DNA from: Podarcis cretensis
Taxonomy: Eukaryota
Reading direction: 5' to 3'
Length of the DNA stretch: 64,000 nt
NCBI GenBank assembly: GCA_951804945.1
Contig: OX638149.1
Coordinates: forward strand, 58,218,001-58,282,000
The notes beneath the pieces are model-generated. The model was not told the origin of the DNA. It saw nothing but the letters and a program-made list of their open reading frames with translations, and made no database searches. Shown here in pieces: positions 12,413 through 25,113 of the stretch (its first letter is position 1; the number at the start of each line of letters is the position of its first letter). A program made the position numbers and the translations under genes.

Positions 12413-14542
12413 TCATTTAGTCTTTGCTCAGATCTCAGATATTGATTGCCATCTCTACTTTAAAAGGGAAAACTCTTATTTATTTACTTACATTTATATC
12501 CCATTTTTAGAGAAACCATTGAGCCCAAGGCAGTGTTCACGTGGTTCCCTGACAGTTGCTACATCATCTCCAAAACTCTCTGCCAAGGCTCCTGTGCTTA
12601 ACAATGGGCTCTCATTTCTGTGGTGAAGCAGTGATCGGGTAGTACCTTAAATAGCATCAAGTTTCATATTCTTGCTTCATTCTTTTACCTTTTGAGTCAC
12701 TATGGCATGGAAGGCCTCTCCAAGCTCCTGGAATCGTTGATGGGGCCCGTGTTCGCATTGAAAACTGCCCTCAGGCTTACACTGACTAGTAGGCTTTAAG
12801 CTGCTGCCTCTTCCCTACTGCCATTAGCCAAAGCAACAAATCCGAGTATCTCTCCAGGCTGTCTGCAAAGGGCTCTGCTTACTATGGCTCTCCTTTACTC
12901 TCTGGTGTGAGGCCCTGAGAACTCCAGAGACATATCTGTCATGCCACTACAGGTAGCTTTCTGGTCCACCTTTTCAAACCAGCAACACTTCAGAGGAGCT
13001 TCTCTCATTTGATGGCAACATCTCCTCTTTTGGGAAGAAAACCAGTGCACAAAGGAAGGGAAGCAAGCAAAGCTGGACCAAGACATATTGTTATCCCAGG
13101 ATCTGAAGAGTGCCTCTCAATTCCCTTGTAAGCCCCACCACATACTACATAAACTCCTATCTTTGTAGTCTATGTAGCAACAGCCTCCCTCCCTTTTTTT
13201 ATTAAGCTATGAATCATTACAAGGGAGGCTGTTTTCTGCTTTCCTGATAAAGGCCTCTTCAGGATTCCTCTGAGCAGCGCAGTCCCTGTCAAATCAAAAC
13301 ATAATTCAGCTCAATCTAAATAATACATCAGCGCTTGCACAGCATGGCCTCAGAACAAAATGGAAACAATGTAATTCTTTCGCTCGTGGACCAATGTGGT
13401 ACTCAAACAGTTTATGAAAAGCTGCTGTAGCAATCATGAGGAATAGGGCAGGGTTTAAACTGATAAAAATGCATTAAGCAGAAACCCCGCACATTTCCAC
13501 TGCGCTGCGTTTAACGAATGTCCTCTTTCCAAGTTTCATCAGGTGTTCTGGACAGCAGAAGACAGGAAGAAGAGTCTGGAAACGATTCCAAAAGCATTAG
13601 GATGATTTTCAGCCTGGGATCTCCCCAGTTACAGATTATTGTAGGGGTTCTAATTTTGAAGTGCAGTTTTCACTTGAAAACTTGTATCAGCGTGAAACTT
13701 TTTAAAAAGAAAAATCTGAATAATTCAGTGATTAAATATGGTTTTATTTGAAATATGCCCAAAGTCCCTCTTGCAACTCTGAGTTGCTTCTGAGAGCAAA
13801 CTCCTAAAGGGAACAGGAAACTGACATTTAATAAAAAGCTGAGCACTCGCATAGCCGAGATGGTCCCCACACAATTGCTGAACGTTATTACAAAGCTAAA
13901 TTTCCCAATACATTATTTCCTTTGCTTGCTTGCTTGCTTGCTTTTAGAGAGAAAAATCTTGACTTCTTTTTAATATACCCATTGATGGTTACATGATGGT
14001 GTTTCAGAAATATGGGGCTGCAACTGCAGAGTTACCATCATCAGCTAACAGAATAAAAAGTACTTCTGTTTGGCCCATATTAGAACCTTTAAAATGGTAA
14101 CCACTCAGTATTGCAGGGGGTTGGACTATATGACCCTTGGCTCCCTTTCCAACTCTATGATTCTGTGATTCAGCCCTCTTCTTCTCTTTCCCCTGGTCAA
14201 AAGCATTCAGCATGGGTCCCAAAAGGGCAAGGAGGACCTCCAGAGCTGTAAGATCCCATCTCCTGGCTCTACCCTTCTGCAAGAGCACCACAATTGATGG
14301 AGGAACCTGTGCAATGCTGGATTCTTTGCAGATCTTGCATATCAAGCAATGGGACTTTTCAGACAGGGCAAAAACCCAATGTGAGTTGTCATGTAGCACA
14401 CCAGAAACCTGAGGCTTTACTAATCGGATATACATGGGGGATAAAATTAAGCATTGCCTGGACTCAAGAAAATTGTGGGGGGGGGGGAAACAATGAATGC
14501 CTGTAGATCTCTCAAATATGGTGGGGGCCATTGTCTCTCCTG

Positions 14543-14795
14543 TGTGGTGTAGTGTTGTGGTATAGAGGTTAAGAGTGATAGACTCGTAATCTGGTGAACC
14601 GGGTTCGCATCCCCGCTCCTCCACATGCAGCTGCTGGGTGATCTTGGGCTAGTCACACTTCTTTGAAGTCTCTCAGCCCCACTCACCTCACAGAGTGTTT
14701 GTTTTGGAGAAGGAAGGGAAAGGAGAATGTTAGCCGCTTTGAGACTCCTTAAAGGGAGTGAAAGGCGGGATATCAAATCCAAACTCTTCTTCTTC
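14543..14795 (+). mobile_element. tRNA-derived SINE with L2-type tail (Squam3-like)
   Basis: TGTGGTATAGAGGTTAAGAG A-box, CCGGGTTCGCATCCCC B-box, GCCGCTTTGAGACTCC...AAAGGCGGGATAT stem, (CTT)n tail. Confidence 0.75.
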
Positions 14796-15799
14796 CTGGC
14801 TTGGTTCATAAACCGAATGCCACCAAAAAGCATTATGTAAGGTCATATGTGTGTTATCTCTGCAATGGCCCATTCCCATATGCAAGGCATCAATTGATGT
14901 TGCTGTTATTAAGTGATAAAGCCAATGTGCAAACAGCCCGTCATCATTGGAGATGGCGAGTGTGCTTTGATAATAATTTCAACCATGTGTCTCAGCAATA
15001 GGTTGGTAATGTAATATTAACTTCCAGAACAGAGAGAGCTCATGGGGCTCATCTGAAACCCATTACAGTAGCACAGGAACTGACACAGGAGTCGTTTAGC
15101 TTGAACACTTGAGAGAGGGGGTGAAGCAAGCACACACTTGCCTTCCTCGCAGAGCATTCCTCAGGAGATTCAAGTTACAATCTATTCTCCGTCTGCATCG
15201 GTTGAGTTTTGCATCTACGTGAGAAGTTATTCATATTGCGTGGTTCCCTGAAAGTCACCCTGGACGCTGCAGTTCTTAAAACAAATAGCAGCTAGGCTAT
15301 TTCCCCCCTGTATAAATATTTTATGTTTCCAGAATGAAGCCACTACAGTTTGGATAATGTAATGCGAAGGACGCAAACTTCAATTAAGGGGGTGGAAATT
15401 AATGACTGCACTGAGTGCCTCGTTTGGACAACTATTTGAGGCGCCATAAACCGTGATTTGTGAAGTTGTGAATGAATATTGGGGCTGGGCTCTCCTCCCC
15501 TCGCCCCTCCTCACCCCATTCTGTCATGTGCTGCCTTCGGCACAAAGATCCTGACTTTTATTAAGCAGTTCCCCCGGGGGAATTTAGGCTTAATATTGGT
15601 TAAGAAACCGTTTTGAATATTAATATTATTGTTGAAGCACCTGGTGCTCACCATCTTACTTGAACTCCTGGAGCTATATACAGTATGCATACACCCATGA
15701 GTAGAAAAGTCCAAAATAATATTCAGCATGGGTTGTTTAATCTATAGATAGGAAATGGGGAGACAGGGGAAGAAGGCACAGAAATAAATGCACACTTGT

Positions 15800-16010
15800 C
15801 TTTTGCTATAGCCACAATGGCTGTGCTTTATCTCCATGGTCAGAGCCAGGAAGCCTCTCAGTTCCAGTTGCTGGGAATCACAGGGACACAGAGTGCTGCT
15901 GTGCTCCTGTCCACCTTACAGGCTTCTCACATGTGTCTGGTTGGCTGTTATGAGAACAGGATGCTGGACTTTTTGGTCCTTTGGCCTGATCCAGCAGGCT
16001 TATGTTCTTA
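15800..16010 (+). mobile_element. CR1-type LINE 3' UTR relic
   Basis: GAGAACAGGATGCTGGACT...TTGGCCTGATCCAGCAGGCTTATGTTCTTA end; an inverse relic lies at about 18110-18285. Confidence 0.55.
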
Positions 16011-18612
16011 CCCCTTTAAGTGCTGGAAATATTTCTTCTCACCTCACCTCCTCGCAAAACGAATACAGGCAACTCCCCATTTACACGTGTCCTAGTGACA
16101 CACAACTGCCTAGAACTGCTTTACTTTGCTGTTGGATCTGACGTTAGAAGAAAATATTGAACTGGTTTCAGACCAGAAGTTACGCAACCCATTTCTGTTC
16201 ACTGGAAACCAGTTTCAGACTGGCATGGACATGGTTGAAGCTTTCAGCAGTAGCTATTAATATTGAACCATGTGTCATCTAGTCCTATGCTTTATTTTTT
16301 CTTACTTAATTAGCTGGCTCTTTGAAAGGAGGCTAATTTTCCGGATCAAATTCCCTTGCCTTTGTTACTTTTCAATATATATTTTATGAACATATTTATG
16401 TTGCTACTTCTCATTAGTATCCTCATTATCTCTCAAGGATTTATTTGTCAACATCTTATTTCAATAATTAAGAGCAGTTAAAAACAAACTAAAAGGCTGC
16501 TTTCTTTTTTAAAAAAACACCACCACCCCATTTTAAATCATTTTTTTCTGGCCTAGAGTCTTCACTTACAGAATGCATTTCATTTCTTTTTTTGCAGCTC
16601 AACGTTCTTATAATTGATACTGAATTTAATATTTTATATGCAGGCAGACAGCATCCCATCTCAGGGGCAAAAGGCATTTGCACTATTTGATCTGTCGTTT
16701 TAAATGAGAGCGTCTGCTGGGAGTGTTGGCAGTGGCTCGGACACACTGCAGAGGGTTTGGAGCTGCCCTTTTGCTTAGGGAGCTCTGCCACTGGATTCTT
16801 TGCTTAGAAAGCCAGAACTGAATTCCGTGTCATTTTTACTGAGCCAAAAATGAGGAAGAGGTGTCACTCAGCCCAGGCATGAAAGGAAACTGATAATGTG
16901 CTAAAAGAGGACCCTGGGCAAACGGTGCGGGGGTTTGCCATGCCAACAAGACCAAACAGAAGCTTCTTACTGAGAATAACCATCGGCTCAACGAAAGGCA
17001 ATTTACACCGGAAAGCCCTTGTGTAGCCAAAAGCCTCCTATATCCAATAAACATTTTATCACCTCCTTCAGAGCATGTCTTCAGCATCGTATCTGTGATA
17101 GACAAGAAAGCCTTTTCAGATGATTAAAAACCCCTGGATTTATTCCTTAATGCTGCCCTTGCTCTTCTCTATCCAAGGGTAGTAGCATGTAGCTGCAGCG
17201 GACTTTGCAATACCACTGTCTGCCTCCTAAAAATACACACCCAAATATTGTTGAATGATGGGCATACAAGACTTTAGGAATCTGTATGCCAAGCCACAAT
17301 TTATGGAACATTCTGTGTTGTAAGAAAGGTGGTCACTGGCAGAATTCTAGGAGCCCCGTGTATTTAATTGTAGAATTGCTGTGTTGTTTTAATGGGATTG
17401 TTTTATTATGTATTTTAATTATATATGTTTATATTTAAATTTTTAAAATTGGATTTATTGTGCATTTTAATTATGGATGTTTACATTTTTATGTTTGCCT
17501 AACTGGTTTTTATACTTTGGAAACCACTTAGAAGTCTATGCTGGCATTAAGCAGTGTGTGGCTAATATATATTGCTAATAACTGAGGTGACGAAAGTGGC
17601 TGGGTGACATTAATGGTTCAGTATGGTAATTTCCACTGCAAGCGCTATGACAACTAGCCTGTTACGTCCAGTTGCAGAAAGCTTAACATCATTTTCATTT
17701 AATACTCTAAACTCCCACTCCCAATTCCAGCGAACAACTTCACCTGGGAATACCATTTCTCTGCAAACATTCTTGGTCTTTGTTGCTCTCTCTGGGTGAA
17801 AAGAGCTGAATAAGCACACCTGTGCTTTACTGATACAGCAGGTGACCACAAAAGCCACTGAAAACAACCAATTGCTTACCTGTGCCTAGAAAGTTATAGG
17901 TAAGCAACTGACTTTACTTCTTTGTGCAGTTATACAACTGACAAGCTAGCATACCTAGAGGTATGTGCTGAAACAGATGCTGGAGAGAGCTTTTCCATCC
18001 AATGTACAACACTGAATGAATGTCGGAAGAGTGGCCCATATGAACATCTTGGAAAGTTGTGAGAGAGGGACTCTTCGAGAAAAAGCAAGAGACAAATGGG
18101 AGGCTTCAGAGGAACGTAAGAGCATCCTGCACAGTGGCCAAACAGATGCATATAGTAAGTCCAAAAGAAGGAGCTAAGCACAACATTACTCTCCCCTCCT
18201 GCCATTTCTTCCTGCTGGCTTTCAGAGGCATATTGCCTTCAACAGACATAGAGCATAGTCTTTATGGCTAGTAGCCACTGAAATCTTTCTTTTGGGAAGA
18301 CAGCGGAGAGGGGGTGTTTGCCTATATTTTAGTTTTGTTTTGAAGTTGTAATTTTATTTTTTCAGAATTACTGGCATCTCTTATTGTCTGTTTTCATACA
18401 AAGCACTTATTGCATCCTTTTATGTGTCTGAGGAAAATAAGAATCTCAAATATAGTTGTCAATCATTATATAAAATTGATGATGTTTTTCAGATGCCGCT
18501 GGAGAACTATTGGCATGAAAAACCATCAGATTCATCTCCTGCACTTCTGGGCCAAGAAAGGTCTGCCCAATCATGTGATAGTCACATGATTCATGCATTG
18601 AAATGTATGGTG

Positions 18613-18991
18613 TGTTGTAGTCTCATTGCAGAGAAATGACGTGCAGAGTTCAGTGGAGTGGGAGGCCAACCAGAAGAGACTCTGAGGTGTACCTGCCTGG
18701 AGACAAAGTCAGCATTCGAAGTAAAGGTCCAGTCCTAAAGTCAAGGAAACAGCAAACCATGTGGTCAGATGATCCAGGGGTCAAGATGAGCAGGAAGCAA
18801 GGTAAGGCCAGGAACTACAAGCATTTTTCCATCATCTGACTGCTCTCTGCTTAAGGCGGCTGAAACCAGCTGGTTCTCATTGTTGCCTTTTCCTGTGTCC
18901 TTGAAGTCTGATCAGCTGCAGGTGGAGTCGCTCCGCCTTCTCCCCCTTCAGGTTGCTGTTCAGCAGGCGAAGCTGACCCCTGTCCATGACA
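18613..18991. mobile_element. Probable solo LTR (Gypsy/ERV-type)
   Basis: Termini TGTTGT...ATGACA; 5-bp direct repeat TGGTG at 18608-18612 and 18992-18996; 379 bp; no coding capacity. Confidence 0.55.
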
Positions 18992-21382
18992 TGGTGTGTC
19001 AAGTGGCTTCTTCACCCCACTCTTTCCAATGTGTGATGAATGGAGGGGTGAGAAGAGGAAGCCCAAGTGCAGAGTATTCCACACAAACTCTCAACCCAGA
19101 ATGATCTGTGCATAGGCTTCCCTTTCTCAGATGCCCAGGCTCAACATGTTGACACATTGCCACTTTTAGAAGACATCTGAAGGCAGCCCTGTTTAGGGAA
19201 GCTTTTCATGTTTGATGTATTATAGTATTTTAATATTTTTTTGGAAGCCGCCCAGATCCCACACAGATCCCATTTTGCATGATTAACACCTCAAAAGCGA
19301 CTGATGTGCCTATCTTTTCTTACTCATTATATTCCTTCCAAATGCTCACAACCAAATTCTAAGTGATAAGGGATGGGGGGGATGCAGTATTATCCCTGCA
19401 ACAGAAGCACTATGTTGATAAAAGTATGCCTGGAACCTGGAACTACACATTTCTTATGTGAGAGGGGAAAATAATTGCCTGGAAAGACTCTCAGTATAAT
19501 TTGCCTCCCTCCATTGTATATCTCTGTCCCGTTCTATCTACAGCACAGTGACACTTCCTCTAAATTTTCCAAGAATTCCATAGGGTTATCAGCAAATAGA
19601 GAAAGGCAAACTGATGGGTTGTAGTAGAAAGGGGGGAAACTGTGCCCTAACAAGTGGGGCCTAAGCAGAGAATATGCCTGTCATGGGAAATCACTCTTTT
19701 CCCCAAGATGTTTTGTGTCCCCACATTTCATGCCCCTGAGCTACCCAGTTCTGTGTTACTACCAGCCTTCTAATGAAATTTTCTGATTCCTCCCAAAGCC
19801 CTCCAAAGTAGAAAGGAGGGTAGCCTAGCACACATATGCATAAAATCAGACTGTCTCTCTCAGTACCGGGGTCCTTCCTCCCTTTACAGACTCCTATCAC
19901 ATCCCTTCCAACCATACAATTCTATGTCCGAAATGTTGCCAAACAGCTAGGCATGCTCATGGGTTTGAGAAAGGTGCTAGTTCAGCTCAATCTAGAACGC
20001 AGCAAATGGAGAAAATTGTTTTTATTGATAATGGAGAGATACAGGCAAATCATAACATAACACAGGCAAGTGTGTATGGAAGACACTAGAAACAGTAGAA
20101 AAGAAACAAAAAGCTAACTTCTATAGACAGGCCTTACAATGGGGTTGTTATATGCCAGACAGACAGTCAGTCTGAATTACATATTTTAGCAATCAGATGG
20201 ACAAAAATTTCTGCTTGGAATTCTGACAGCATCTATAAGCAAAAACAAAAACCAAACCATTCCTGCCCCACCCACAAAAGATCCCAGGAAAAGGGGATAT
20301 ATATCTTAGCCCCATGGGAGCTGGCTTCTAGGAACTGAACCAATTTAAGATGCTAACTTCAGTGCAAGTCAGTGCAAGCCTTCACTTACTGTGCTAAAGA
20401 GATTTCCCAGCTGTGTTTCCTTAAAACATTAAAGAGTCTGGACTTGCAGAGTTTATCACTTCCAAGTGTCAGCCTCATTGATAAGGCAGGGGTAATTGGT
20501 TTGGGCCAGGGACGGTCATTTCAAAATGTACTGGCATCTCACCAAGTGATTTCCATAGCAAAGGACATTGGGCTAATTACCTGGAAATGTACATTTAAAC
20601 CATTGCTTCCATATCACTTTCAGCTTACCTGCCTTTAGTATGCCAGAGGGAGTATGTATAATATCAACAAAAATAAAAAATAAAAACAGATCCTGAAAAA
20701 GGCATTTTTGTAACAGGCAGTGGGGGGGAGGGCGGGGGGGGGGAGGCCAAGGCTGCATTGTGAAGGTAAGTTCACAGAACAATGCATGAGGAGGTTTCAA
20801 GGTGTGCTGATGTCATCCGTCTACACTGGACTTTATGGGATGCTTTCTCCACTTTGCAGCTCTGCTATCTGCTTGCAGCACTTGTAGCCAAACAGTCCCT
20901 CTCTCCCCTTGTTACTCGATGATAGCAGCACTCAGGACACCAGCACACCACTTTCCACAACCACCGCTGCATGGATGCTGGCCAATGAGTCCTTTCAGAT
21001 ATGTCCACCTTCGTAGTCTTCTGAAGAAGATCTGAACTTTTTCTGGGGGGCATCTTTCTTCACTGAGCCTCTGTTCTAGTTTGAAAGCATTAACTTGAGA
21101 TGTCTAACTTGCTATAATTAGAAACCACCATTCTTGCACTTCCTTGATAGTTCCTTAAAAAAATACCACAACACTCCCAAATCCTTTCTCTAAATAATCA
21201 ATTATGCAGCTTCCTCAAACATTTCCTATGTGGAAAAACATTTGCTTCCACCTTTCCCTCATAAGGCTCACAAGTTTATTGCTCTCAAGTTCCATGATAA
21301 TTTTAAGAATATTTTTAGGCCACCTTTCAGGGTAGAAAGTCCACTCAAGGAGACTTAAACAAATTGGAAGTAATCAAAACAA

Positions 21383-21558
21383 CATAGGAAGCTGCCTTAT
21401 GAGAATCCAGAGCACTGGTCCACCTAGCGTGGTCTATGCTGACGGGCAGAAGCTGTCCAAGGTTTTCAGACAGGGGTTTCTGCCAGCCTTACCTGGAGAT
21501 GCCATTCAGAGCTGGGACCTTCAGCTTGTGAAGGATGTGCTCTGCTATGGTCCTTCCC
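21383..21558 (-). mobile_element. tRNA-Ala-derived SINE (degenerate)
   Basis: Reverse-complement homologue of 6636-6823 (CATAGGAAGCTGCCTTAT...CCTGGAGATGCC...GGGACCTTC). Confidence 0.65.
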
Positions 21559-22963
21559 ATAATCAGTGCCAGTTCCAAACACCACGATGTACCACCTTCA
21601 AATTTTGAAATTTTACTTCACCTACAGGACAGCTGTGTATGTTGCAAAGGGCGCAGTGCTGGCGAGACCCCAGCCGCCAATCATCTTAATTTGCTCAGAG
21701 ACCTCTGTTTAAATTAGCATATGCAAATTAACATCATGGGCCTATGCCCTTGAGGCTTTTAAGAAGCTAGAGGTGCCCCTCTAGGGTCTGCAACTGCAGT
21801 CTGCTTCTAGCAAACAGCCTGACTGAAATGGAAGGACATCTCAAGATCTAATATGGTGTGCATTCACAGATGATTCTTGTTTTGCCACTTTATTATCATC
21901 ATTCACACTACAGCATACATTATAATTATTCCTACTTGCCTAGAGCAATAACAATTCTTTCCAGTTTACTAGAAAAGCTGCTCAAACCACTTGGGTTGAT
22001 ATATAGGTACACATCAGCAGGTAAAACTCCTATTAATTGTATACAGAAAAGCTTGAGGAACAAATTATCAAAACAGACATGATGACACTTCAAGGTCAGA
22101 AGCAGGAAGGCAAATAAAAAGTCCTTTAAAAAGAATTGTGAAGTTTAATATATTGGTCATCCCACACTGTAGTTTTTCAGGTTTTCAAAATCTCACAGAA
22201 ACCCATAATGAGAGTTGATGCTAAAGGTCTGTAGCTTGTGTCTGATGCATTAGGCTCATATATGTACTAAAAATAAAATGACACTGTTCCAAAGGTTATT
22301 TATAGCAAAAGCATATTTTACAGTTAATTAAAATTTTATTCTCAAATATATATTGAAAGCCTAATTTTTAAAAAGCAAACTTTTATTTCCCCCCATCTTA
22401 GCTGCACTGAATGACTGAAACCTAGTCGAGGACCTTGCAACTAAAATGAAAATATGAGCATGTTATTTCCACTTTTTACTGTGATGGCATTTTATATTCA
22501 TCGTAAGCACCACGTTTTCAGTCTTGTCTTCGAGAAGATTGTTTGTCAACCCGTAGAAATAAGGTGATTGATGATTGAATAAATCATTAGGCGTGAAAAG
22601 AAGTGTGCTTGCAAAGGATGTGTCTGGGAGAAGAGACAGGTTGTCTCAGAGGCAGGAGAAGCATACTGTAAAAGCAGAAGGCGACTGTTGTTTCTGGCAA
22701 AGATTCAGATCATCTTCCAAGGACTTCTTCACCGCAGGAGTTTTCAATGTAGGACCATCCTCTGCAAGGGAAAATTCCTGTGGGTAAAAGGGAAATAGGA
22801 AAGCATGGTGTGAATTCTAGGAAAGTCGCGAGTTTAAGTACTCTGACAGGGATGGGGAACCTGTGGTGAACCTTCAGATGCTGGACTAGAACTCCCAACA
22901 TGCCTGGCCACCAGCCATGCTGCCGGCTGGTGCTGATGGGACTTAGTAGGTTCTATGGATTCA

Positions 22964-23322
22964 GGGATGCAGGTGGCGCTGTGGGTTAAAGCCTCAGCGC
23001 CTAGGGCTTGCCGATCGAAAGGTCGGCGGTTCGAATCCCTGCGGCGGGGTGCGCTCCCGCTGCTCGGTCCCAGCGCCTGCCAACCTAGCAGTTCGAAAGC
23101 ACCTCCGGGTGCAAGTAGATAAATAGGGACCGCTTACCAGCGGGAAGGTAAACGGCGTTTCCGTGTGCGGCTCTGGCTTGCCAGAGCAGCGATGTCACGC
23201 TGGCCACGTGACCCGGAAGTGTCTCAGGACAGCGCTGGCCCCTGGCCTCTTAAGTGAGATGGGCGCACAACCCCAGAGTCTGTCAAGACTGGCCCGTACG
23301 GGCAGGGGTACCTTTACCTTTA
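22964..23322 (+). mobile_element. Sauria SINE, young subfamily
   Basis: Full length with (ACCTTT)n tail; TSD TATGGATTCAGG at 22954-22965 and 23321-23332. Confidence 0.95.
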
Positions 23323-24801
23323 TGGATTCAGGAGAGAAACCAGAATTCAAACCATGTGTTTCTTGGCAACTTAGTACTATTAAATTCTGCAGAAAAGCAG
23401 TCATTTCATAACTTGTGGTGGTTGCTCTGCTCGAGGAGCTGGGCTAGAGGAGGAGGATGACCAAATATCATCCGACAGACCCAGGATATATTCCACTGCG
23501 AGTGTTTTGTGGCTACTATGATGTTACTGGGTTACAAACCATTTGTAAATTTATTGTTTCCACAGGTGTTGTTATTTACAGTAGCTGTCTGTACCAGTAC
23601 ATCATCCTTGACACAAGCCTTGTTGGTTGCCTTTATGACAATTCACTCACCATCTGTGGTGTGTGATAAAGGGAATATTTTGCTGCATACCATATTAACT
23701 GTAAGTTATAACCACTGCTTAAAAAAAGACAGTGGGTTTGGTTATTTGGAGCTTCCTTAGAGGGTAAAGATACAGCATTATGTCCTCTGTCAAAAATGTG
23801 CAGAGTCCATGCGAATGGTGTGCAAGTATATTCACGTACTCTAAAGGAGAAATTGTGCCGAAGTAGAGCATTTGACTTCTGAGCATCTTGCCTTTCTGCC
23901 TCTTCGACACTATATTTAAAACTCCTGACAAGAGTGTCTTCTCTTACAATAACCAACCTATAAAATCTACCTCCCCTGAGACTTAAATACACGCACACAC
24001 ATCACCTTCTTATCTTACTTAGATCTTTCAGTCTGATCACTAGCCAAAACCCTGGACCAAAAATGACTTAAGAGAAACAGAAATAAGTTGAACATGCAGT
24101 TGGAACATGCTAGGGTCTAGCAGGTCCCCACTGCAAGCTAAATAATGCGTATTACATTGTGGTTCTATCCTTCCTAACCCCTTTAAAGAAAGAAGACAGC
24201 ATTCTCAGCCCAGCAGATGTCTTTGACAGAGATTAAATTTTAACCCATGGGTAGCTCCATGAAAAACGGGTTTTCAAAACCTCTGTGTTCTGAAGGATGC
24301 TCCTGAGATGATTGACACAAAGAGCTTGTTAAATTTTAAGTCAGCCTCCTGCTTCCTGCAAGGGCAGGGCTGTCAGTTCTAGATACAGAGACGTTCCATC
24401 TATTCACAGAGCAGGTAAAAACACAGATAACAACCATGTAAGGTTTCTGTGACACTACTCCCCATTAGTCTTTCCCACCCATGGCTCAACGAAGGTTTGG
24501 GGGCTTTCCCTGCTGGGACTATGTAACATTTCCTAAAAGGATGTTGGATTCAGGGTGTGCCAATACCAACTCCTGCCAGCAAGTTCTGAACTAGGATAGA
24601 TTTTTTTACTTAAGAGTTACACCTACATATTCAAGCGTTATTTTTGGACATAACTCAGAGGTCAATGTTCTTTCTTTGGTCCAAAAGAACACCGGTTATT
24701 CCTTCAGCTCATCATTATGAGGCAGAGACACAGCTATCCACAACTTCTGGCAATCTGAATTTGCTACACGTCTCCAATATCTGCATGCTGGACATAATTA
24801 T

Positions 24802-25113
24802 TAGACTAGAACTGTAGGGTTGGAAAGGACTGTGAGCATCATCTAATACAGTGGTACCTCGGAAGTCGAACGGAATCCGTTCCGGAAGTCCATTCAACTT
24901 CCAAAACATTCAGAAACCAAGCCGCAGCTTCCGATTGGCTTCCGGGTTTGCGGCGTTCGGGAGCCAAAACGTTCAACTTGCAAGGTGTTCGAGATCCAAG
25001 GTATGACTGTACAACCCTCTGCAACGCAGGAATATGCAACTAGCCCATTTGGGGATTGAACCAGTGACCTTGGTGTTATAAGCACCACGCTCTAACCAAC
25101 CCAGCTAACCGGC
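24802..25113 (-). mobile_element. tRNA-Ile-derived SINE with CR1 tail, interrupted by a MITE
   Basis: Minus strand GCCGGTTAGCTGGGTTGGTTAGAGCGTGGTGCTTATAACACCAAGGTC...GGTTCAATCCCC resembles tRNA-Ile(AAT); tail ...CCTTTCCAACCCTACAGTTCTA. Confidence 0.75.
24849..25009. mobile_element. Tc1/mariner MITE, family B (short form)
   Basis: TA-CAGTGGTACCTCGG...CCAAGGTATGACTG-TA; internal homology to 63675-63873. Confidence 0.85.

Noticed and set aside
14004-14624. 206-aa minus-strand ORF
   Set aside because: Runs through a SINE and a CR1 tail; no recognisable domain
25040-25113. tRNA-Ile gene
   Set aside because: D-arm and T-arm are mutated and it continues into a CR1 tail, so it is a SINE head rather than a functional tRNA
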